From assembly GCA_026014495.1 (NCBI GenBank), contig JAOZIF010000137.1:5611-69610 (forward strand): a stretch of DNA of 64,000 bases. The letters run 5' to 3'. Positions 45,912-55,404 of the stretch are shown here, in pieces; position 1 is the stretch's first letter, and the number at the start of each line of letters is the position of its first letter. The stretch comes from Candidatus Bathyarchaeum sp. GTDB taxonomy: Archaea > Thermoproteota > Bathyarchaeia > Bathyarchaeales > Bathyarchaeaceae. The notes beneath the pieces are model-generated. The model was not told where the DNA came from. It worked only from the letters and a program-made list of their open reading frames with translations, and ran no database searches. The position numbers and the translations under genes were made by a program.

Positions 45912-46565
45912 CTATGTTTCGCTCTGCAGGGATTCGCCAAATGATGGCATTCCCGTAGGTAAGTCGGGGAACTTCTCTTTGACTTTCTGCTCTGCAACTG
46001 TGGCTGCTTCGTTTAGTATTTTCTGTGCGTCGTCTCCTGCGGTCTGGAAATCAATGTTCATGCCTGAGTTGTAGCCTGCATCCATGATGATTCCACTGAG
46101 TAAGTTTCCGATGCTTCCAATCTCGCGTTCTGCCTCTGGGAATACTGTACCCATTCCTGCTTTGACATTGCGTAGCACATTAACTGCTGGCGCCAAGGTA
46201 CTGACTACATCGCCGAGTTCTGAAACTGTGCTTAGTCTGAGAACAATCTGTTCTAGAGCTAGCCTGGAGTGCATGATCATGCGTTCCATTTTTCGTATTT
46301 CGGCTAGTTCATTGGCGAAGACGTTTGCGCGTGCCATGTCATGTTTTGTGTAAGCGTTAACGATTTTCTGGAAGATTGCCTTGTCGCGGTCTGTGAATCG
46401 GTCTGCGGCTTTGTCTAGTTTCTGTATCTGCATTTCCATTCTTTTTACTGCGAAATCTAGTCTTGGTTTTAATGGACCCGGTGGGCGAACGGCGTCCTTA
46501 ATTTTGTTGCTGAGAGGTGTGTCATCGACTCCTTCTCCCCATTTTTTTGCAAATTTTTCTGACAT
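45912..46565 (-). CDS. ESCRT-III (Snf7/CdvB-family) paralogue without winged helix
   Basis: 'LDFAVKRMEMQIQKLDKAADRFTDRDKAIFQKIVNAYTKHDMARANVFANELAEIRKMERMIMHSRLALEQIVLRL'. The ATG at 46565 is preferred over the tracked TTG at 46625 because GTGAGGA lies 7 nt upstream. Confidence 0.8.
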   Translation of the reverse strand: MSEKFAKKWGEGVDDTPLSNKIKDAVRPPGPLKPRLDFAVKRMEMQIQKLDKAADRFTDRDKAIFQKIVNAYTKHDMARANVFANELAEIRKMERMIMHSRLALEQIVLRLSTVSELGDVVSTLAPAVNVLRNVKAGMGTVFPEAEREIGSIGNLLSGIIMDAGYNSGMNIDFQTAGDDAQKILNEAATVAEQKVKEKFPDLPTGMPSFGESLQSET

Positions 46566-46791
46566 TCTAAATTCCTCACGCAAGCATGTGGGTTTAAAGC
46601 GTATTATTACGTTGTTAATATGCAACGAACATTTACATATATATCAGACACAATGTGCCTGTTCTAGCGCCGTTTTGAGCTTTAAAGCTAAGATTGAAAG
46701 AGAGATGGGGCGCATATACGAAAATAGACAGTTTTATGTAAGTTACACTCAAAAGCGCGAAGATTTAACTGTTAAAAGCAAGGTGAATTGA

Positions 46792-47010
46792 ATGAGTGAC
46801 AGACTAAAAATACTGGGAGTGTTTGCTCTGTTGGGCTTCGTAGGCGGAATCGTAGCAAACGTCGGTTTTCACACGGTGTGGCCTTGGCTGGTAGCTAACT
46901 TTCCGTTAATCTTCTCTGCAGAGTGGGTTATCTCAGGAATGGCAGGCGCTCTGATAACTACATTCTTTGTAGTAATCTGGGTCTACCTAAGCAAACCCTC
47001 CGCCGAGTAA
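46792..47010 (+). CDS. Small two-TM membrane protein
   Basis: 72 aa with two hydrophobic helices. Confidence 0.45.
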   Translation: MSDRLKILGVFALLGFVGGIVANVGFHTVWPWLVANFPLIFSAEWVISGMAGALITTFFVVIWVYLSKPSAE

Positions 47011-47164
47011 AGGGAAACCTTCCAACCCCCCTTTTTATTTGCGGTTCCCCCGCGTCTTTATAGCGGTAAGCAACTTTATGTTTTAATCCAAAGCAGAAAC
47101 TGAAAACCTTTTAAGAGCGTACTTTTCTTTCAAGCTTATTCTTTTTTGGTTGTTGGATGGTAGT

Positions 47165-49156
47165 ATGCGATTCGAGTTAGTGGCACCTTACAAGATGTCT
47201 CCTGGTCAGCAAGAAGCAGTAGCGAAGCTTGTTAACAACTTTGAAGCAAACGACAAGCAAACTCTTCTTGGAATTACTGGAAGTGGTAAAACGTTTGTTA
47301 TGGCGAACGTGATTAACAAGCTTCAGAAGCCCACGCTCATTCTTGCGCATAACAAAACTTTGGCGGCTCAACTATATGCTGAATTAAAAGAACTTTTTCC
47401 AAACAATCGGGTGGAATATTTTATTTCGTTTTATTCATATTACCAGCCTGAATCCTATTTGCCGACAACCGACATGTACATCGAAAAAGACTCGGACATT
47501 AACGAACAGATAGAAAAAATGCGGATGCATGCAGTCTCTAGCATTGTCAGCAGAGAAGACACAATAATTGTGGCTAGCATAAGCTGCATTTATGGTTTAG
47601 GAAATCCTGAAGACTTCGTTGGCATGGCAGCAGATTTGAGTGTTAACAAACAAATGAAACGCCAAGAACTGCTGCAGGCACTAGTGAATATGCGGTATGA
47701 ACGCAACGATAAGGTGCTTGAGGCGGGCAGATTTAGAGTTCGAGGAAATGTTGTGGACGTTATTCCTTCGTATGAAGAAGATATTTTGAGAATTGAGTTT
47801 GAAGGCGACAAAATCAAGAGTATAAAAGAAGTTGAAGCAATAACTGGAGACCTCAAAGTTAGTATTGACAAAATTACTTTGTATCCTGCAAGACAGTATG
47901 TTGTTCCTGAAGAGAAACAAAAAAGGGCACTAGAGCGAATAAAATGTGAATTGGCTGAAGAGTTGCCTAATCTTCCTGCTCTTGAAGCTCAACGGCTCAG
48001 AAAACGTGTAAGCTATGACATTGAAATGATTAAAGAGATGGGTTACTGTAAAGGAATTGAAAACTACAGCCGCCATTTTGACGGTCGCAGCGCTGGGGAG
48101 CCTCCTTTTGTTTTGGTTGACTATTTTCCTAAAGATTTTCTGTTGATAATTGATGAGAGCCATCAAACGATTCCTCAGGCGCGGGCTATGTTTAATGGTG
48201 ATTATTCCCGAAAAAAGAACCTTGTTGATTATGGGTTTCGACTTTCATGCGCTTTTGATAATCGTCCTTTAAAGTTTGAGGAATTCGAGAAAAAGATGGG
48301 AAAAACGCTGTTTGTTTCTGCAACTCCAGCAGAATATGAACTGCAAATCAGCGGTGAACCTGTACAGCTAATAACACGTCCTACTGGTCTTCTTGACCCT
48401 GAAGTTGAAATTCATCCAATTGAGGGTCAGATGAAGCATTTGATGGGCGAAGCAAAAAAGACCATTGAAAGAGGCGACAGAGCGCTTGTTACTACCCTCA
48501 CAAAGAGAATGGCAGAAGATTTAACCGACTATCTGGTGAAAGAGGGCTTTCGCGTCAGATATATGCACTCTGAAATTGACAGCCTAGACCGAATAGAGTT
48601 GATCAGGCAACTGCGGGCGGGAGAATTTGACATTCTTGTAGGAATAAACTTGTTACGTGAAGGCTTGGATGTGCCTGAAGTTTCAACAATTTTCATCTTG
48701 GATGCAGACAAAGAAGGTTTTCTGCGCGATGAGCGGAGCCTTATTCAGACTATTGGAAGAGCAGCCCGAAACGTGAACGGGAAAGTATTTTTGTATGCTG
48801 ACGAAAAAACGCAGTCAATCAACAGGGCAGTTGAGGTAACCCAGTACAGGAGAATATTTCAGAAAAGCTACAACAAAAAACACAACATTACTCCAAGAAC
48901 TATAGTGAAAAGTGTAGCTGAAAGCGAGAGAACAATAAAAGGAACTAAGCATCTGCCGAAATCTGAGATTCAAACACAGCTTATTGAGCTTGATGCGAAG
49001 ATGCGAGCAGCCGCAGCTAGGCTAGACTTTGAGAAAGCAATCATGTTTAGAGACCGTATTCAAGAATTAGAAAAGTCTTTAGATTGGGTGTTGGGCAAAG
49101 AAGAGAGAAAGAGCAGCAAAAAAAGAAAGCAAAAATCTGTGACTTTAAAACGATAG
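47165..49156 (+). CDS. uvrB: Excinuclease ABC subunit B
   Basis: '[11 protein letters not shown]', 'DESHQT', helicase motifs, and a C-terminal UVR motif ('[17 protein letters not shown]'). The ATG at 47165 is preferred to the tracked TTG at 47150. Confidence 0.95.
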   Translation: MRFELVAPYKMSPGQQEAVAKLVNNFEANDKQTLLGITGSGKTFVMANVINKLQKPTLILAHNKTLAAQLYAELKELFPNNRVEYFISFYSYYQPESYLPTTDMYIEKDSDINEQIEKMRMHAVSSIVSREDTIIVASISCIYGLGNPEDFVGMAADLSVNKQMKRQELLQALVNMRYERNDKVLEAGRFRVRGNVVDVIPSYEEDILRIEFEGDKIKSIKEVEAITGDLKVSIDKITLYPARQYVVPEEKQKRALERIKCELAEELPNLPALEAQRLRKRVSYDIEMIKEMGYCKGIENYSRHFDGRSAGEPPFVLVDYFPKDFLLIIDESHQTIPQARAMFNGDYSRKKNLVDYGFRLSCAFDNRPLKFEEFEKKMGKTLFVSATPAEYELQISGEPVQLITRPTGLLDPEVEIHPIEGQMKHLMGEAKKTIERGDRALVTTLTKRMAEDLTDYLVKEGFRVRYMHSEIDSLDRIELIRQLRAGEFDILVGINLLREGLDVPEVSTIFILDADKEGFLRDERSLIQTIGRAARNVNGKVFLYADEKTQSINRAVEVTQYRRIFQKSYNKKHNITPRTIVKSVAESERTIKGTKHLPKSEIQTQLIELDAKMRAAAARLDFEKAIMFRDRIQELEKSLDWVLGKEERKSSKKRKQKSVTLKR

Positions 49157-49179
49157 TTAAGAACAGGTAAGAGAAAATT

Positions 49180-52032
49180 ATGAGAGATAGTATTTTTGTT
49201 AAGGGTGCACGCGAGCACAATCTGAAAAACGTTGATGTAGAGTTACCTAGAAACAAGTTTATTGTAATCACTGGACTGTCAGGTTCAGGAAAATCGACTC
49301 TGGCATTTGATACAATATACGCTGAGGGACAAAGAAGATATGTAGAAAGCCTGTCAGCGTATGCGCGCCAGTTTTTGGGTTTAATGGATAAACCTGATGT
49401 TGACTCCATTGAAGGGCTCTCTCCAGCCATTTCTATTGAACAAAAGACAACAAGCAAAAACCCCCGTTCAACAGTTGGAACTGTAACAGAAATTTACGAT
49501 TATTTGCGTTTACTCTTTGCGCGTATAGGTGTGCATCACTGTCCTAAATGTGACAGCTTGATTCATCCGCAGAGCCCAGAAAACATTACAAGCCTGATAA
49601 TTAATGAGCAAAGCAAAACTTTGACTTTTCTTGCACCAATTATCAGAGGAATTAAAGGAATACATGAAAAAGTTTTGGAAGACCTGAAAAAAGATGGCTA
49701 CACAAAGATTCGGGTTGACCAGCAAATCTATGATTCTGAGCAAATCAACGAAATAAAACTTGAGCGATACGGAAAACATTGGATTGAAGCAGTAATCGAC
49801 ACTGTTCAGATAGATAATGAAGAGCGTTCACGAATTGCAGAAGCAGTTGAGCAAGCATTAGAAGTTGGCAAAGGCACAATGATTCTCATCGATCAGAAAC
49901 TGGACACCACACAAAGAAGAGAGGTGGAACGTTTTGAGGATGAAACAATCTACAGCACCTTTGGCGCTTGCCCAAACCACCCCGAAATAGTGTTTGAAAG
50001 CTTAGAACCCAGAATGTTCTCATTTAACTCTCCATACGGCGCCTGTAAACAATGCCACGGATTAGGAAACACGCTAGAAATATCCACAGATTTAGTGATT
50101 CCCAACAAAAACAAATCAATCATAGACGGCGCGCTCGCAGTTTACGGAAAAATGGACCTAAGCTGGAGAGTACAACAGCTTGCCGCTGTTGGCAAAAAAT
50201 ACGGTTTTGACGTATTTACTCCCATAAACCAATTCACCACAAAGCAGCTAGATGTGCTCTTGTATGGAACAAAAGAGCCAATAAACGGAAGCTGGTCAAA
50301 CGGCGCAAGCATGTGGATGAAAAACGGCTGGGAAGGAGTCATTCCACAGACAATGAGGTTGTATCATCAAACAGAAAGCGAAGGCAGAAAAGAGGCAATT
50401 ATGCGGTTCATGAAATCGTCTCCCTGCACTGCCTGTAAAGGAAAACGCTTGCGCCCAGTAGTCCTTGGAGTGCGAATACTTGACAAAAGCATAAGCGACG
50501 TCACCGAACTGTCAATCGAGCAAGCCGTTGAGTTCTTTGCTAATCTTGATTCTAAATTAAACGAAAAAGAACTTGTAATCGCAAAACAGGTGCTCAAAGA
50601 AATCAATGAGCGCTTAGGCTTTCTCAAAAACGTTGGGTTAGGCTACCTCACATTGGCTAGAGCTGCCAGAACCCTCTCTGGAGGAGAAGCCCAACGCATC
50701 CGTTTAGCCACCCAGATTGGAAGCAATCTTATGGGTGTTTTGTACATCTTGGATGAACCCAGCATCGGATTGCATCACAGAGACAACAAGAAACTAATCA
50801 GCACCCTTCATAAACTGCGAGACTTAGGCAACACCTTAATTGTAGTAGAACATGACGAAGAAACCATTCTAAACGCAGACTACGTCGTAGATATGGGTCC
50901 AGGCGCTGGAGTTCATGGTGGACAAATTGTTTGTCAGGGCGCAGTTCCAGATATTATGGCATGCAAAAACAGCCTCACAGGCAGGTATCTTTCAGGCAAA
51001 CTAACGATTGAACAACCTAAACAAAGACGAAAACCCGCAGGTTACATGGAAATAGAGGGAGCCCACGAGAACAACCTAAAGCAGGTTACAGTAAAGTTGC
51101 CGCTTGGAGTTTTGTGTGGAATAACAGGAGTTTCAGGCTCAGGAAAAAGTACACTCATGAATTTGACGGTTATGCCCATTTTGAGACAAAAGTTTGGGGA
51201 GCACATTGACAAAATTGGAAAACATGATTCGCTTTCTGTTCCATCGGATGTCCAAAACGTTATTGTAATCAATCAAGAGCCTATCGGAAAAACTCCCCGA
51301 AGTAACCCTGCTACTTACACCAAACTTTTTGATGAAATACGCAAACTATTCGCACAAACAAAAGACGCAAAAATGCGTGGCTACAAGCCTGGAAGATTTT
51401 CATTTAACGTTAAAGGCGGAAGATGCGAAACCTGTGGAGGCTACGGAGTTATCAGAATTGAAATGAACTTTCTGCCAGATGTTTACGTGAAATGCAGTGA
51501 CTGCAAAGGAAAACGCTACAACAAAGAAACCCTAAGCATTCGCTACAAAGGAAAAAACATAGCCGAAGTTCTAGACATGGAAGTGGAAGAAGCCGCAGAA
51601 TTCTTCAAAAATATTCCAGCGATTTCGCGAAAACTTCAGACACTACTGGATGTGGGGCTTGGATACATCAAACTGGGGCAAAGCTCAACAACGCTTTCGG
51701 GCGGAGAAAGTCAACGCATCAAAATCACTCGTGAGTTAAGCAAAAACAAGTCTGGTCACGTGGTTTACATGCTGGATGAGCCCACAACGGGTCTTCATTT
51801 TGATGACACAAAACGGTTGATACAGGTTCTGAACAGCTTGGTGGATAAAGGAAACACGGTTTACGTAATAGAGCACAATCTTGATGTTATAAAAAGCTGT
51901 GATTACCTTATTGATTTAGGTCCTGAAGGCGGAGAAGCAGGAGGAGAACTAATTGCCCAAGGAACCCCAGAAGAAGTCGCCAAAAACGCCGGGTCATACA
52001 CGGGCAAGTTCCTAAAAGAATGCTCCAAATAG
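49180..52032 (+). CDS. uvrA: Excinuclease ABC subunit A
   Basis: Two ABC modules ('[10 protein letters not shown]', '[10 protein letters not shown]', 'LSGGEAQR', 'LSGGESQR') and zinc-finger cysteines. Confidence 0.95.
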   Translation: MRDSIFVKGAREHNLKNVDVELPRNKFIVITGLSGSGKSTLAFDTIYAEGQRRYVESLSAYARQFLGLMDKPDVDSIEGLSPAISIEQKTTSKNPRSTVGTVTEIYDYLRLLFARIGVHHCPKCDSLIHPQSPENITSLIINEQSKTLTFLAPIIRGIKGIHEKVLEDLKKDGYTKIRVDQQIYDSEQINEIKLERYGKHWIEAVIDTVQIDNEERSRIAEAVEQALEVGKGTMILIDQKLDTTQRREVERFEDETIYSTFGACPNHPEIVFESLEPRMFSFNSPYGACKQCHGLGNTLEISTDLVIPNKNKSIIDGALAVYGKMDLSWRVQQLAAVGKKYGFDVFTPINQFTTKQLDVLLYGTKEPINGSWSNGASMWMKNGWEGVIPQTMRLYHQTESEGRKEAIMRFMKSSPCTACKGKRLRPVVLGVRILDKSISDVTELSIEQAVEFFANLDSKLNEKELVIAKQVLKEINERLGFLKNVGLGYLTLARAARTLSGGEAQRIRLATQIGSNLMGVLYILDEPSIGLHHRDNKKLISTLHKLRDLGNTLIVVEHDEETILNADYVVDMGPGAGVHGGQIVCQGAVPDIMACKNSLTGRYLSGKLTIEQPKQRRKPAGYMEIEGAHENNLKQVTVKLPLGVLCGITGVSGSGKSTLMNLTVMPILRQKFGEHIDKIGKHDSLSVPSDVQNVIVINQEPIGKTPRSNPATYTKLFDEIRKLFAQTKDAKMRGYKPGRFSFNVKGGRCETCGGYGVIRIEMNFLPDVYVKCSDCKGKRYNKETLSIRYKGKNIAEVLDMEVEEAAEFFKNIPAISRKLQTLLDVGLGYIKLGQSSTTLSGGESQRIKITRELSKNKSGHVVYMLDEPTTGLHFDDTKRLIQVLNSLVDKGNTVYVIEHNLDVIKSCDYLIDLGPEGGEAGGELIAQGTPEEVAKNAGSYTGKFLKECSK

Positions 52033-52056
52033 AAACTAGAATGGGTTGTTGAAATT

Positions 52057-53664
52057 GTGATTTCAATCTCTGAGCCGTCCAACTTCAACAGTTCAGAAAT
52101 TCCCACTGAACCTGGAGTATACCTGTTCAAAGACACTAAAAACGAAATTATCTACATCGGAAAAGCAAAAAACCTCAGAGCAAGGATTCGAAGCTATTTT
52201 TCAAACTCAGAGCACACTCAAAAAACACTGCAGCTTGTTCCTAAAATCAGAACAATTGAATGGATTATAGTAGGCAACGAACTTGAAGCCCTGCTGCTAG
52301 AAAACAAACTTGTTAAAAAACACAAACCAAAATACAACGTGAACCTCAAAGACGCAAAAACATTTGCATATATTGCAATTTCTAAAGAAGCATACCCAAG
52401 AATCTTCACCACAAGAAAGCCTTCCTCTAGACTGGACATATTTGGTCCTTACACTGAAGGATACTTACGGCGAGAGCTTCAGCGATTAGTAATTAAAATT
52501 TTCAAAATACGGGTTTGCAAAAAATTTCCAAAACGAGCCTGCCTAAATTTTCACATTGGATTGTGCAATGCACCATGCACAGACAATGTAACCCAACAGC
52601 AATACAATGAACAGGTTGAGCGAGCACGTTCTTTTCTTTTGGGTAACTATGAACAGCTAATTGAGCAACTTAATTTGCAGATGCAAGAAACTTCGCAGCA
52701 GTTGGAGTATGAACGGGCTCTTGAGTTACGTAACCAGATGGCGTCTATCAAGCTTCTTACTCAACACCAAGTTGTTGATGCATATAGAAGATATGATCAA
52801 GATGTTATTGCATTTAGGCGGCTTGGAGATAAGATGTTAGTTGTTCAGATGGGAGTGCGAAAGGGTGTGCTTTTGGGAAAAAAGGAGTACACCCTAGATT
52901 TTGAGCCACAAATTGAACAGGAGTTTTTGAAGGAATTCTATAACACAAACCCGATACCCCACGAAATACTGCTCAACATGACTGCATGGACTGACCAAAA
53001 AGAAAAAGCTGCGCTGGAAGACTACTTTTCGACACTGAGAACTGCTCCTGTACATTTTAGTGTTCCAAAAGAGGGCGATGAACTCCAGTTGATAAAATTG
53101 GCAGAAAAGAACATCGAAGCAAACTTGGATGAAGACAGCGCATTAGTAGACCTGCAGACAGCCCTGAATCTGCCAGCGCTTCCCCGAATAATAGAATGCT
53201 TTGATGTTTCTAACTTAGGAAAAGAACACGTGGTTTCTGGAATGGTCAGGTTCACAGATGGTAATCCAGACAAAAATAACTACCGCAGATACAAAATAAA
53301 AACTGTAACGGGACAAGACGATTTTGCCAGCATGAATGAAGCTGTGACCCGCAGATACAAACGTTTAGTTAATGAAGAGGCTCAGTTGCCTGATTTGATT
53401 GTAGTTGACGGTGGACCCGGACAGGTGAGTGCTACGAAGGCTGCGTTGAAGTCGCTTGGTTTACAGATTCCGTTTATTGGTCTAGCTAAAAAATATGAAG
53501 AAATCTTTTTGCCTGACGAACTAACTTCAAGGCGCTTTAACAAGAACAGCAGGATGATGCTTTTGTTGCGCAGAATCCGCGATTCGGCACACAATTTTTC
53601 GGTTAGCTACAGCAGAAAGAGAAGTCAAATGAAAATCAGAGACGAATTCAACGCCAAACAGTAA
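52057..53664 (+). CDS. uvrC: Excinuclease ABC subunit C
   Basis: GIY-YIG N-terminus ('GVYLFKD...IIYIGKAKNLRARIRSY'), a UVR motif ('YERALELRNQM'), and a C-terminal endonuclease region. GTG start. Confidence 0.9.
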   Translation: MISISEPSNFNSSEIPTEPGVYLFKDTKNEIIYIGKAKNLRARIRSYFSNSEHTQKTLQLVPKIRTIEWIIVGNELEALLLENKLVKKHKPKYNVNLKDAKTFAYIAISKEAYPRIFTTRKPSSRLDIFGPYTEGYLRRELQRLVIKIFKIRVCKKFPKRACLNFHIGLCNAPCTDNVTQQQYNEQVERARSFLLGNYEQLIEQLNLQMQETSQQLEYERALELRNQMASIKLLTQHQVVDAYRRYDQDVIAFRRLGDKMLVVQMGVRKGVLLGKKEYTLDFEPQIEQEFLKEFYNTNPIPHEILLNMTAWTDQKEKAALEDYFSTLRTAPVHFSVPKEGDELQLIKLAEKNIEANLDEDSALVDLQTALNLPALPRIIECFDVSNLGKEHVVSGMVRFTDGNPDKNNYRRYKIKTVTGQDDFASMNEAVTRRYKRLVNEEAQLPDLIVVDGGPGQVSATKAALKSLGLQIPFIGLAKKYEEIFLPDELTSRRFNKNSRMMLLLRRIRDSAHNFSVSYSRKRSQMKIRDEFNAKQ

Positions 53665-53692
53665 CATGATATTTGGTGGAAACTAAGCAGGT

Positions 53693-54139
53693 TTAGATTC
53701 TTTGTTTGCCCAAGACTTTTCGGAATGTGCCATCTTTTGGGCATTTGTAGAGTCCTATGTGTAGTTGTAGTCGTTTACCGTTTTTGTCTGGTCGCCCAGC
53801 CATTTTCCATGTTTTTTTTGGTTCAAACTGTTTTTTGCATTTGGGGCATTTTGCGGTGTGTGTATCCATAATCCTGTAGTACATTCTGTTTCTGACGACT
53901 TTTGTTTTGATGTTTTTTTGTCTGACCATGTTATGAAGGAGTGTGGTAAAGTCTGCTATGGAGAATGTTGACATTTTGGTTATTTCGGGGGTGCTAAAGT
54001 CTGTGTGGTAGTGTATTCCGCCCATTATTTCTTGAGATGTGAATGCGCCTTCTTTGCGTTCCTTGAGAAATGCGAGTATTTCGTCTTCTACTTTGCTGTG
54101 GAGTTGTCCTCCTTCAAATTCTTTTTTGGTTATGGGCAT
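53693..54139 (-). CDS. Hypothetical wHTH-like + zinc-ribbon protein
   Basis: 148 aa. N-terminal helical region and C-terminal 'CPKCKK....CPKDG'. Confidence 0.4.
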   Translation of the reverse strand: MPITKKEFEGGQLHSKVEDEILAFLKERKEGAFTSQEIMGGIHYHTDFSTPEITKMSTFSIADFTTLLHNMVRQKNIKTKVVRNRMYYRIMDTHTAKCPKCKKQFEPKKTWKMAGRPDKNGKRLQLHIGLYKCPKDGTFRKVLGKQRI

Positions 54140-54358
54140 AATGTGTCACAGGTTATGTTTTGGGTGTGTGTGCGCTAACGTAAGCGTTTTGTAACGCTCT
54201 TGCGTTTTTGTTTACTGTATGTTAATTGTTTACTTATAAATTAAGTCTTATGGCTTAATAATTGAGATTGTGTGTAAATTACCCAAAAACACCCAACCAA
54301 AACCACAAAAGATAAAATAGACGAAACGGCACTATACGAACCTGCGAGAGCGAATAAG

Positions 54359-54553
54359 ATGCCTGAAGAAATCTTTGACGTTGACAAATTCATACAAATT
54401 GCGGACAGAGCAGAATACTGCAACATTAAAAGACTCGAACGAGAAGTCAAACTCAAACTTCGAACCCCCAAAAAATTATACACCCTAAAAGTAAACCCCA
54501 CAAAAGCCGAAGAAATAGTCAAAAAACTACGCTGTGAAATACGCGAAATATAG
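54359..54553 (+). CDS. rpl38e: Ribosomal protein eL38 (L38e)
   Basis: The 64-aa protein 'DVDKFIQIADRAEYCNIKRLEREVKLKLRTPKKLYTLKVNPTKAEEIVKKL' aligns by eye with eukaryotic RPL38 ('[54 protein letters not shown]'). Confidence 0.7.
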   Translation: MPEEIFDVDKFIQIADRAEYCNIKRLEREVKLKLRTPKKLYTLKVNPTKAEEIVKKLRCEIREI

Positions 54554-54584
54554 CCAGTTTTGAAGAAATTCGCATAGTTTTTTG

Positions 54585-55001
54585 TTACTTTCTTTTCCTG
54601 AAGTACGTTAAGTTATCGTTGTCTTTTCCAACCCACTCGAATCCTGCTTCAAGTAGCTTTGTAATTTCTTGTTTAGTTTCTGCGACTTTTACGTCATATT
54701 CGTCTCCTTCAAAACTGATCAGTTGCGTGTAAAGTAATGTGCTGTTTATTGACTTGTGGCCAAGCACTTTCTTGACGTATAGAATGTCTTTGGTTTTATG
54801 GTAAGTCATTGTTGCTTTCCAATGTCTAAATGTCGTGAACTTGATTTTTTGTATTCGCGGATTATTGAAGTTTCTAGCTATTCTTCTTCGTTGATTGCTA
54901 AAGTTTGATTTGTAACTTCGTACGACTCCTTGAAGTATTCTGTTGGATTTTTTTGGATTCTGTTTTCGCGTTTTTTCGAAGTTGCGGGAAACGGGATTTT
55001 T
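54585..55001 (-). pseudogene. Tyrosine recombinase (integrase) C-terminal fragment, probably degraded
   Basis: The open frame from 55001 reads '...FTTFRHWKATMTYHKTKDILYVKKVLGHKSINSTLLYTQL' (R-H-W box, LGH, catalytic Tyr). It has no N-terminal domain and no start codon upstream of the Met at 54809. Confidence 0.6.
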
Positions 55002-55404
55002 TCATATTTTTCGCGCTTCTTTTGTGGAAAGGGCTGTTTTTTGGGGTTGTTTGGGTTGTTTTATCGTGTTGAAGATGAGAAGTGTGAAGAAACGGGGCAA
55101 AACTCCATAGTATATACCATTGAAATACTTTCACGGTAATATAATTGATGAATGAAGAAATAATAATTGAATTGTTGATTTTAGATGGTGGACATATTCT
55201 GAGGTTATGCACCAATTTTTTGCAAGAAGAATTGGGGTTTGCTGAGGCTCATGCACATGTGCATTAGAGGAGAAAAAATGAAAAACCAACAAACAGCTAC
55301 TACAGCTTAGTTATTTTCACTTTTTGTGCCTGAGCCTTTTCAGCCCCCATATTCTTTCAATGCCAGTTGTAGTCCCAAAAAAAGAAGGGAGGGAAAATTT
55401 TGGT

